The translations under genes were made by a program, and so were the position numbers. DNA of 63,174 bases, counting the filler, from Sphyrna mokarran (taxonomy: Eukaryota): NCBI GenBank assembly GCA_024679065.1. It is 2 parts of 2 records of this genome, joined end to end, with 100 filler letters (N's around TTAATTAATTAA, not from the genome) between each part and the next. Parts side by side here need not be neighbours in the genome. Positions count along the whole stretch, not along the records: positions 1 to 31,165 come from JAGIQG010000421.1; positions 31,266 to 63,174 come from JAGIQG010000116.1. One strand, written 5' to 3'. Of this stretch, positions 28,398 to 38,690 are shown piece by piece. Under the pieces are notes generated by a model. It ran no database searches. It was not told the origin of the DNA and saw nothing but the letters and a program-made list of their open reading frames with translations. Positions within the stretch are counted from its first letter, which is position 1; every line of letters starts with the position of its first letter.

Positions 28398-28697
28398 CTG
28401 GCTTACCCAAACCTTCCTTGATTCTGGATCCACATTCCGGAATCTTTCTACCAGGAGAAGATTATTCACTCATCTGCCACTTCCCCCTCACGCGCTGCAA
28501 TGTGGAATTGTACAAAGATTTCAAGGTCAGAGTCTTGTCCTTGAATGATGCCAACTACACGGCCATCTTCAGGTTTAGTGCGATTTCTTCTTCAAAAGGC
28601 CACAACACCTACACCTGCAAATATCAAAAATTCTACGAGAACAATATGACCTGGTCTTACTCACCGATCAGTGAACCGGTACTGTTCAGCGTGATGG
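28398..28697 (+). CDS. C2-type Ig-domain exon resembling LRC (LILR/KIR/A1BG/IGSF1) and FcR-like receptors
   Basis: ttctccAG|...ATGG|GTAAGG, 300 bp, phase 1-1, open: GLPKPSLILDPHSGIFLPGEDYSLICHF...GHNTYTCKYQ...WSYSPISEPVLFSVM. Has an LPKPSL start, 46 residues between the canonical Cys, YxCxY and an SxxSEPV end. Confidence 0.85.
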
Positions 28698-29474
28698 GTA
28701 AGGCAAATTTACAGATAATCTGATTGCCAAAGCAACATTAAGAATTACTCCATGTAACCTCACAAAAGGCCATTCATCACTTTATTCCTGTGTTGACCTC
28801 AAAGAACAAAACAGCACAGGAAATCGGCCCTTCAGCCCGATAAGCCCGCGCCGCCACATCGATGTTTCCACTTCTACCCATGATCCTTGTCTATGTTTAT
28901 AGATCTATGCATGGAAACCAAATTTGAGACAATTTAGGGAGAATTTGTTCTGCCACTCAGTGAGAGTACTCTCCAATTAAGCTGAGGCAATAGACTCGTC
29001 ATTCCTCTTGTCATTTTTTTTTCTATTTTTGCATACTCATAGTGTGTGGGGTTGGTTGTGTTGTGGTGTGTTTTTTTTTTTTTTTTTTGTTGGGTTGTGG
29101 GGGGTTTTTTTTTGGTGTTTGTTGTTTTTTTTTTTGTTGTGTTGTGTGTTTTTTTGGGGTTTGTTTTTTTTTTTTGTTTTGTTTGGTGTTTGTTTTTTTT
29201 TGGTGTTGGTTGTTTTGTTGTGTTTTTTTTTGTGGGGTGTTGTGGGGTGGTTTTGTGTGTGTGTGGGTTTTTTTGTGTTGTTTTTTTTTGTGTTTTGGGT
29301 TTTGTGTTTTGTTTTTTGGTTTGTTTTTTTTTGTTTGTTCCACTCTTTGACAATATTCCTATTGGATTTGCTTCCAGCATCATTTCAGACGAGGTGTTCC
29401 AACTGGCAATGCAAGCTGTGTTAAGAAGCAATGTTTCCAAATGAATCACCCATCTTATTTAATCAGCGTGAACC

Positions 29475-30220
29475 ATAGAACCATTGAAAATTACAGCTCA
29501 GAAACAGGCGTCGTGGCCCTTCTTGTCTGTGCCGAACCATTTTTTGCCAAGTCCCACTGACGTGCACTTGAACCGGACCCTTCACACTCCTCTCATCCAT
29601 GAACCCGTTCACGTTTTTCTGAAATGTTAAAAGTGACCCCGCATTTACTATTTATCCGACAGCTCATTCCACAGTCCCACCACTCTCTGCGTGAAGAAGC
29701 ACCCCCTCCCCCAATATTCCCTTTAAACTTTTCTCCTTTCACTCAGTGGAAAAAGCCTGTTTGCATTCACTCTATCTATGCGCATCAAAACCTTATACAC
29801 TTCTATCAAATCTCCCCTCATTCTTCTACGCTCCAGGGAATAAAGTCCCAACCTATTCATTCTCTCTGTAACTCAGCTTCTCAACTCACAGTAACATCCT
29901 TGTGAACCTTCTCTGCACACTTCCAATCTTATTAACATTCCTGTAACTAGGTGACCAAAACTGTACACAATACTCTAAATTCAGCCTCACCAGTGCCTTC
30001 TATAACCGTACCATAACACTCCAACTTTTAGAGTCGATGCTCCGATTTATAAAGGCCAATGTACCAAAAGCATTCTTTATGACGCTACCAACCTGTGAGT
30101 TCATTTTTAGAGAATTCTGTACCTATCCCTTTGTTCAACTGCACTCTTCAGAGTCCTACCATTTAGCCCCTGTATGTTCTACTTTGGTTTGCCCTATCAA
30201 AATGCAGTATCTGCGTTACC
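29475..30220 (-). mobile_element. CR1 LINE 3' fragment
   Basis: Reverse-complement CR1 motifs (ggtgaccaaaactgtacacaatactc) and tail. Confidence 0.8.
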
Positions 30221-31165
30221 CTACGTACCCGTCTGTTTCCTGGCAATCGTATCACTTGTAGTGGAGCCCTCATTGCCGCCATTTTGAAAGGCTTGATTTA
30301 ATGGGGTGACACCGTGACACAGTGTCAGGGCCCCATTTTCTGTTCTCGATTAGGCACTGCCTGAGCGGAATCAGCACGCTCTCCCCGTTTTTCGCTTGTG
30401 CTTTCTCTGAGTTCTCTTGTTTGCATGTACAGTCCGAGAGATGTGCTGGTTAGATCCATTGGTCATGTTAAATATTCTCTCAAAGTAGCCAAATAGATAC
30501 TACAGTGTGAGGATTATGGGATTTTCACAAGAACTTTATTGCAGTGTTCATGTAAGTCTACTTGCCATAATAACTACTTTTTAGTTAACTTGATCCCTTC
30601 CCCACTTTTAGATGGATTCTAAGTAGGGAAACGCTATCATTTTTCATATCTCAGTTCACTGTGACCGGGGAGCAAGACAGACAGAGAGAAAACATACTTA
30701 TAAAGCAGGGGTGTATCTGTCAGCATAGGTGTAACAGGCAGTGCAATTTGCAAACCCACTATCAAAATTTGTATGGAATAGCTAATACTTTTGACAAGAT
30801 GTCAACATTTTTTGTGATCACTATTGAAGAGAAACTCAAACTGATATGTCATATAAACACATTGGCTACAGTAGTAGGATAGAGACTAGGAATACTACGG
30901 TAAGCAACTCACTCCTGAATCCACAAACACTATCGTTATCTACGAGACACAACTCAGGAATATGATGGAATACCACCCATTTGCCTGGATGGGTGCAGCT
31001 CCAACAACACTCAAGAAACATCCAGATAATAACAGACTGCTTGATTGACACCACATTCAGAAACATCCACATCTCCATCACTGAAGCACAGTAGTAGCTG
31101 TGTGCGCTATCTAAAGATGCAATGCAGTAATTCAACAAAGATCCTTAGACAGCGCCTTCCAGCCA

Positions 31166-31265
31166 NNNNNNNNNNNNNNNNNNNNNNNNNNNNNNNNNNN
31201 NNNNNNNNNTTAATTAATTAANNNNNNNNNNNNNNNNNNNNNNNNNNNNNNNNNNNNNNNNNNNN
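31166..31265. other. Artificial assembly linker: N44-TTAATTAATTAA-N44 (100 bp)
   Basis: Exactly symmetric N runs around a 12-mer that has stops in all six frames (31210-31221). Confidence 0.95.
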
Positions 31266-32814
31266 TTTGGATAAAATGCTTGTCCTTTGAGAAGGGATTG
31301 AAGACCCATTGCCTTTTTCACTTACATTAAGATTAAAGGAATAAGGAGTGAACTCAATAGAATTTATTTTATTCTCAAAGGATATGACAAGACAAACTCT
31401 GGGTGTTTGTGTTTTTCTAGAGTAGAAAGTCTGTAACTTGGGGTCAGATTTGCAGAAAACCTGTTCAGCCATTTGGACTGAGAAGGGGAGAGATTTCTTC
31501 AGTCAAGGCCATTGTGGTGAATGTGAGAATTATGTGCACCCGAGAGTTGTGGATAGTCAGTGTTGAAGGCATTCAAGATAATGTTTGACAAAGGGTCATC
31601 TGGACTCGCGATATCAGCTCTTTTCTGTCCTTAGAGATACTATCAGACCTGCTGAGATTTTCCAGCATTTTCTCTTTTGATTTCAGATACCAGCATCTGC
31701 ACTAATTTGCTTTTCCTATCAGTTGGAACTATTGAATCAATGTATGCTTTCCTTAGGGAAGAAACCAGCAACAATTCACTCTCTCTTCAAGGGGGGAACA
31801 TGGTGGGTCTTTTTTCCCCCAGAGTTTGGAGAAACACGAGAGGATAAAGTTTTTTTTTAGTCACAAGTGAGGCTTACATTAACAGTGCAATGAAATTATT
31901 GTGAAATTCCCCTAGTCTGGCGCCTATTCGGATCAATGCGCTGAACTAGCAAATCTTTCAGAATGTGGAGGAATCTGGAACACCCGGAGGAAACCCGCAC
32001 AAACAGGAGGAGACCTTACAAACTCCAACAGATAGTGACCCAAGCCAGAAATCGAATCAAACACTTCATTGTGGCTCTCTATCACACATTCTCTCTCATA
32101 CACTTTCTCTCCTCTCCCTCTCTCTCTCTGACACACACAGACTCTCTCACAAACCTCCTCTCTAAACCTTCAGTGAAATCATATTTTTTTCAATACTGAG
32201 GCTAACAGCACTGTACACAGTACTCCAGATGTGGCCTATCGAAAGCTTTGTACAGCTTTAACATAATCCTGCTGTTTTAATATTCTTTGTTTTTGCACGA
32301 CTTATAAAGACAATCGTCCCGTCTGCCCCTAGTATCATCTCCTATCGCCTTCAGGGCCTTGTGGATGAGGAGTCAAATCTTTCTGTTCATTTGAGCTTTC
32401 CATGGCTCTGTCATTCATTAAATACTCCCTTGTCTTGTTACTCCTCCCACCGTGCATCCACTCGCACTTTTCAGTGTTAAGTTCCATGAGCCATTGACCT
32501 GCCATCTGACCAAGCTGTCAATATTATCCGACAATCTTTGACTTCTTCCTCACTATTAGCCATTCTGTTAATCTTCGTTCCATGTGAAAGCTTACATACC
32601 CACCATCCTCCACACACAGACATACACACAGTGCAGTGAGAGAGTGAGGAGGGAGTCTGTTTACCCTATGAGTACTATTCAAACTAACCCACATTCTGTG
32701 GATTGGATATAAATCTGCTCCAATTTATCCCAATTACAGACATTGTTTGGGGTTTAACTCTGTTGTGTGATTTGGCTCTGACGGCCCATTAAACTCTCTG
32801 TGTTTAATTTCCAG

Positions 32815-33162
32815 AATCTTTCAGTCAGTCAGTGACACAGAGCCCAAAAGCGGTGACCAGGAAGGAGTGTCAGTCTCTCACCATCACCTGTGTTTTCAAA
32901 GCTGATTATTCTAGTTTGGAGGGCGGACATTTCTTTAGGCAAACCCAGAGCGGGAAAGAACGGGAGCGGATCTCCAGCGGAGGAAGATTTGTTGTATCGG
33001 TGAATAAAGCACAAAACACATTTTCTCTTGAAATTCAGGATGTGAGAGTTGAAGACACCGCCATCTATTACTGTAAAGCTCAGTATAAACATGGATGTGG
33101 AACTAGCGTTTCAAAAGCGGGTTATGCAGACGGACCTGGAACGGTGGTGAATGTCACAGCTG
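32815..33162 (+). CDS. Germline-joined NAR-TCR V-(D)-J exon (IgNAR-type single V domain)
   Basis: tttccAG|...ACAGCTG|GTAAGT, 348 bp, phase 1-1, open: SFSQSVTQSPKAVTRKECQSLTITCVFKADYSSLEGGHFFRQTQSGKERERISSGGRFVVSVNKAQNTFSLEIQDVRVEDTAIYYCKAQYKHGCGTSVSKAGYADGPGTVVNVTA. Shows the VNAR-type short FR2-CDR2, an FR1 extra Cys and a continuous CDR3 plus GxGT J motif with no RSS. Confidence 0.9.
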
Positions 33163-36100
33163 GTAAGTGACTCCAAGCCGAAATATCTTACAGACTTACT
33201 GGGTTCATGTCCGCACTGTGGAGTTGGTGATGTGGTGGTAATGTAATTGCGTTAGTATTTCTGTGACCCAGTGCTCAGCCTGCACACGGTCAAATCTCAC
33301 CAGGGCAGCTGGTGCAATTTAATGGAAATTTATGTGAGCAACTGGAAGTAAAGACCAGTCTCAGTATGGCGATGATAAACCCGTTACGGATGGAAATCTG
33401 CCGTTTCCACCTGGTGTAGTAAATATGGTCATCAGTATAAAGCAATATGGTTTACTTTTACATGCTGTCTGTAATGAAGCTGAGCGAGGCACTGAGTAGA
33501 AACAAATTGTTGTGGCGTCTGAAAGAGGAATATTCAGATATTGTACTTGGCTGTGACATGGCACCGGAAATGACCATGGCAAACCCAATCCTCCCATTAA
33601 TGCCCTGATTGGCCATTTAAGTTGTCAATTACTTCCAAGGCCATTCCACTAATTAAAGATTGTTTCTTTTACTTCTTTCTAAGATGAAGAATGTTCCATG
33701 ATGTCTTCCTTGCCTGTTGGTACAGCATATTGAAATCTGCTATCACAGAATTATATAACATGGAATAGGCCCTTCAGCTTATCAAGTCTGTACCAACAAA
33801 ATCTTCATGAATTCCATCTTCCAGCACTAGACCCACAGCCTTAAATGTTTCGCAAGTTCATCTACGTCCATCTCCCTTTCTAAACATATGCCACCTATTT
33901 ATTGACCCTTCAACTGTGAGGAGAATTTGATTCCCATTTACCCTGTCAATTTCTGTATAAACTTATAGATCTCAAAGTGGGTCTCTGCTCTGAAGAGCAC
34001 AATATAAGCTTATCCAGGCTCATCTTGAAGTTCAAATTCTCCTTCGCAGGCGACATTATGGTGAATCTCCTCCGCACCCTTTCAGTGAAATCATATTCTT
34101 TCAATAGTGAGGCGATAGATGTGGCCTATCGAAATCTTTGTACAGCTCTAACATAACCCGGCAGTTTTAATAATTTATGCCATGACTTATTAAAGCGATT
34201 GTCCCGTCTGCCCCAATTATCATGTCCTATCGCCTTCAGTGATTTGTGGACAAGGAATCAAATCTTTCTGTTCATTTGAGCTTTCCAGTGTCCTGCCATT
34301 TATTAAATACTCCCTTGTCTTGTTACTCCTCCCAACATGTATCCCCATGCAATTTTCAGGATTAAGTTCCATCTGCCATTGATCTGCCGTTCACCCCATC
34401 CGTTCCCCTAGATATTGAATTCCTCTGTTTTCAACACCACTTGGAAGAGGAATTGATTGTGGTGATAAGTGAAATGTGGCCCAATCTGGAAACCCAATCT
34501 GGAGCACTCTGAAACAATTTTAACACAACCATCAGGAATGGCTTATCTCTTTGAAGTAAGTGAACCAATGATTGCCACACCAGGTTCTATACTGAAAGCG
34601 ATTGCCCTATGTGAAGGTATTAAGTATCCAAATGCTACCTTCTTAAGAGTTCAGAAGCATGACAGCCAATTCAACAGAAAATATTCTCCGGAGGTTTGAC
34701 GAAACAGATTCTGGGCATGTGTCCAGGCAGGGACGCCTTTAGCTTTGGGTCACAACTTTTAAATAATTGTCAATAATTGAGAAGAAGATAAATTCTTTCG
34801 GTTATTCCCTTTTATGAGTATCTGAGAAGCGTTTATATCAGAAAACTGTGAATGCTCAGTGGTTTTGTGTATTCAAGGCAATTACAGACAAGATTTTCCA
34901 AACTAAAAGGATCTTTTTTTACTGGATAAGTTCAGGAATGTGTTGGTGATTTAGCCCCAACTTTGTTGAAAACAGGGAAGATTTTAGCGTTCCCTCTGGA
35001 AAGTAAAGAGAGAAGAGAAGAATTCATAGAAACCGTTTAAATTCTGATTGTATAATGTGTGGGTGTTGACCAGTTCTTTATTTGTATGTGAGTTTAGAAC
35101 AATTTATACATGATTGGCACTAATAAAACTAATAAACAGATTGAGAGTAATAACTGTACGGTGGATTGTCAGAACTTGGCACATAGAACTGTTGGAGAAG
35201 GTAGTTTTGTTGCATTTGTGGGGCATCTTGAGCATACGGGGGGAGAAGGTAATAGATTTACAAAGGGAGCTGGATGTAAATATCAACTGGATTTCTGGAT
35301 GGAGGAGGTAAGTTTGGATAAATTTGCAACATAAATCAGTTGGGCCAAATGGTACAATATATTTTGGCAGACTCTTAATAACGTAAAACATAGAGAAAAC
35401 CCTGCCCCAAAAACCAGGGAAAGAACATTAATGTGCAGAAGGAATTAAAATTGTCAGAGAGCCGGAAGAGACGGTTCCCTGTGTGTAACTGTAAAACCAC
35501 TGTGGAAACTGAACAAACTGAACCCAACAGACAGCTGGGAGACTTTGAGACAAGTTCTCATGATTACAAGACACCGAACAATAGAACATGAAAATATAAA
35601 TAAAATGAAACTGATTAAACAGTCCTATTTTAATAGAAATAGAAAAATAGATAAACAAATGGATGAAAAGGCAAACATAAACTCCCAGAAGTTTTAAACC
35701 AAAATAAATTAATGACATTTGACCATCGATGTGCAGCTTCGTTCAGCCCCTTTGGAGCTGATGAATCACAATAACACTCTGTTGGGTCTTGCTGTGCTTG
35801 GTGTGGAGCTTATCTGGGTTATCCTGGGACAATCATGTCTGGAAACGGATTGCTTCACTGATGATAAAATGTTCCCTAGTGCTTGTCTGTCAATAATGAA
35901 AATAGAAGCTGGATTGTACTCTCCATCGCAGGATCATGTAGGGTGGAAGAATGGCATTCGGCCCTTCTTGTAGATGTTGACCCTTTATAAATGAAATCCA
36001 ATTCTTCCTAATGCCCACGAATTTTTCCCCATTACCCTGCTTGCCTTTCCTGTGCCGGTACTTGACCATTTGGTAATGACCAACTGGTCATTCACTGTTG

Positions 36101-36339
36101 AATCTGCTCCCACAACTCATTATGACAATACATTCCAGATCAGTAGTACTTGGTGTGTAAGAGATATTGCCTCAGGCTTCACTAGTTTGTATCGTAATAA
36201 GAGTGAATATAGTTCCATCAGATTTAATATGAAATTTTATAATATTTAATTAGAATACCGCAAATGAAGACATATTCCTGTGATTCCCATGTTGCACGGT
36301 AAAAAAGTGGATAAAACATCATTTTTTTTAATCCTTCAG

Positions 36340-36645
36340 ATTCCAGTTCCCTGGTGTCCAAGAATCCGCCTCTCCAAACCTCTGCTGCAGGGAACACGGT
36401 TATTCTAAGATGTGAATATTCAGGGTTATGTCAGTACACAGTACACTGGTACAGCCAATCTCCAGGGCAGGCTCCGAAATTATTGCAACAGGCACACACT
36501 TCAGGAGGGGACAACAAAGAAAACATTGCCAGAGACAGAATTTCTGCTTCTATCGATTCTGGCGAGAAAATCAGCCGATTAACAATCTCCAAACTGCAAC
36601 TGAGCGACTCGGCTGTGTACTACTGTGCACTGAGTCAACGCACAA
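36340..36645 (+). CDS. Leaderless supporting TCR delta-type V gene segment (unrearranged)
   Basis: ccttcAG|ATTCC.., phase 1: DSSSLVSKNPPLQTSAAGNTVILRCEYSGLCQYTVHWYSQSPGQAPKLL...RLTISKLQLSDSAVYYCALSQRT. Has the CDR1 extra Cys typical of NAR-TCR supporting V, followed by an RSS. Confidence 0.92.
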
Positions 36646-36684
36646 CACAGTGATAGAGAACACGGAGAGAGCAGTACAGAAACT
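36646..36684 (+). other. 23-bp-spacer recombination signal sequence of the supporting V
   Basis: CACAGTG-(23 nt)-ACAGAAACT. Confidence 0.95.
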
Positions 36685-36706
36685 TGAACATGGTGGGCAT
36701 TATAGA

Positions 36707-36745
36707 CTCCGTGATATAGAACCCGGAGAGAGGGGTACAGAAACC
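36707..36745 (+). other. Tandem-duplicated, probably inactive 23-RSS
   Basis: CTCCGTG-(23 nt)-ACAGAAACC; second copy of a 61-bp unit, with the heptamer CAC broken. Confidence 0.8.
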
Positions 36746-37007
36746 TGAACATGGTGGGGATTATATCGTGGTACCATAATAGCTGAAACCTCCTTAAAGC
36801 GGGTCAATAACCTCCCAGCCACTCAGCAGAACACCAAGCTCTCTCAATTGTAGCCAACATTACCCACACCCCCTCCCCCTCCACAGCACTCCCCACAACT
36901 TCCTTCCATTCCCACAGTGATATTCACTGAGAGTACACCATTACTAGTCTGACCGACCCCAAGTGGGACACGACAGAGGGACAGAGAGAGGTGGACCAGA
37001 CCACAAG

Positions 37008-37035
37008 AGATCTTGTTATGGAATGAAAGATTGTG
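37008..37035 (-). other. 12-bp-spacer RSS of the J segment
   Basis: + strand AGATCTTGT-(12 nt)-GATTGTG; nonamer matches GGTTTTTGT at 6 of 9 positions and the essential GTG is retained. Confidence 0.75.
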
Positions 37036-37098
37036 TGACATATGGCGAGACTAGAAAGCTCATCTTTGGCATTGGAACCAGGCTGATAGTGGAACCCA
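37036..37098 (+). CDS. TCR alpha/delta-type J gene segment (TYGETRKLIFGIGTRLIVEP)
   Basis: KLIFGxGTxLxVEP motif, phase-1 donor CCCA|GTAAGT, upstream 12-RSS; absent from the ORF track because it is short. Confidence 0.93.
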
Positions 37099-38690
37099 GT
37101 AAGTAACTAACTCTGGATGATTGCTCAATATGTTATTTTTCCCCTATGGCTTCATTGAGACATACAGTCGCTGTGATATTTCAATTATTACTGTTTTTGT
37201 ATGGAACGGGTGAGCAGTTTTCATTGGGAATCCAAAGAACAGCTTCACTGGGCATTGAGATAGAGCAGATGAGAGCTTTATTGTTTCCACATATCAGGAT
37301 TGTTTCCTTAAAACATTTAACTGGTCTTTATCATAAAAACCCACCTGAAATGGGTTGTGTGTAATGCTTTTAAATGATACATTGATAGATAGTTAAAGCA
37401 GGCCCACCCCATTAGAGTCATAAAGTTAGGCAACACTGTAAAAGTCACTTCACCTGAATGAGGGGCAGAGATAACATAGTCAGGAAAACACCTATCCCCA
37501 TTTTAGAGGGATCAATGAGGAACGTTTTTTCTGGAGGGAAGGGTGTGGTGTAGAGGAGACATTGATTTAAGGTACAGGGTAGGAGAGTTAGAGGGAAATC
37601 TGGAACTCACTATCTGATACAGTCATAGCCACAGAGACTCTCACAACACTTGGTTATGCATTTTTGATGCCATATCATACAGAGTAATGAGCCAAGTGCT
37701 GGAAATGGGATTAGAAAAGTCAGTTGGGTTGTCTTTAGACGGCTCAGATACGAAGGGCTAATGTAGACTTCTATTTTATTCCTTGTTGGAAGAGTCTAGG
37801 ACTAGAGGTTAAAACCAAGAGTGAGGGGTTGTCGATTTAAAGAGAGAGAAGATGAAGAATTTCTTCCTTTAAATGGTATTGAATCTGTGGACTTCTTTAT
37901 CGCAGATGGTTGTATAGGGCTGCTATTAAATACTTTGAATACAGGGATGGACAGGTTTTTAATCTGCAAGAAAACAAGGCTGATGGGGATATTGTGGGAA
38001 AATGGAGTTGAGGATTATCACATCAGATCAGTCGCGATTTCATTGAATAGTGGGTGAGCCGAATGGCCTCCTTCTACTCAGGGAGAAGGAAAAAGTGTAT
38101 CAAAGAATCGCTACAGTACAGAAGGAGGCCGTTCATCCCATCGAGACTGCACTGACCCTAATTCCACACAGGCTCTAACTTCATTATGCCACATATTTAC
38201 TCAACTAATCCTCTGACATTACGGTCAATTTAGCTTGGCCAGTCAACCTAACCCGCACATCCTTGGACTCTGAGAGGAAACCGGAGCACCCGGACGAAAC
38301 CCACCGGGAGATCACACAGAGAGTGAGCCGAGGCCGGAATTGAGCCTGGGTCTTTGGCGCTGTGAGGCAATAATGCTAACTATTGTGCTACAGTGCCGCC
38401 CTCCATCAGTCTCTTGTCCAAATATTGTTCTCTTTAAAATATTAAAAAAAAAACAGTGGGAACTAAGTGTGTGTGTGAGAGAGAGAGTGAGAGAGCGGCG
38501 TCACTCCTCAGACTTCTCTCCGCCAAGGGAATAAGATTGCTAATCCATTCTCAGCATTCAGTAATCAGTGTAGAAACTTATATCGGGTTAAAGCACAGGA
38601 AAAATGCGGGTCTAATCGAATGGGATTAGAGGGTGGAAGAGGTAATCTTTTATATTCTGGTTATTTCCTTTTATTTCTTAATTTTTTCAG

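Noticed and set aside
29041-29340. G/T-only tract producing several long ORFs (28934..29449, 29008..29424 and others)
   Set aside because: Aperiodic G/T noise without A or C looks like a low-quality read or gap-fill artefact; the ORFs are compositional.
32668-32712. ATG upstream of the NAR exon as an alternative start
   Set aside because: Reads MSTIQTNPHSVDWI then stop; not hydrophobic and no donor site.
32815-33162. Interpreting the exon as an IgNAR antibody V or an NKp30/CD8-like VJ exon
   Set aside because: The FR1 Cys, the adjacent leaderless CDR1-Cys TCR V and the TCR C/TM exons point to NAR-TCR; no IgNAR constant exons are present.
33214-33220. CACTGTG heptamer just downstream of the NAR exon
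   Set aside because: No acceptable nonamer at 12 or 23 spacing and no J-like sequence follows.
37146-37364. Hydrophobic ORF MASLRHTVAVIFQLLLFLYGTG in the J-C intron as an alternative leader
   Set aside because: It looks signal-like and has a possible donor (G|GTGAGC near 37208) that would be phase-compatible with C, but nothing else supports a V-less chain; left uncalled pending RNA data.
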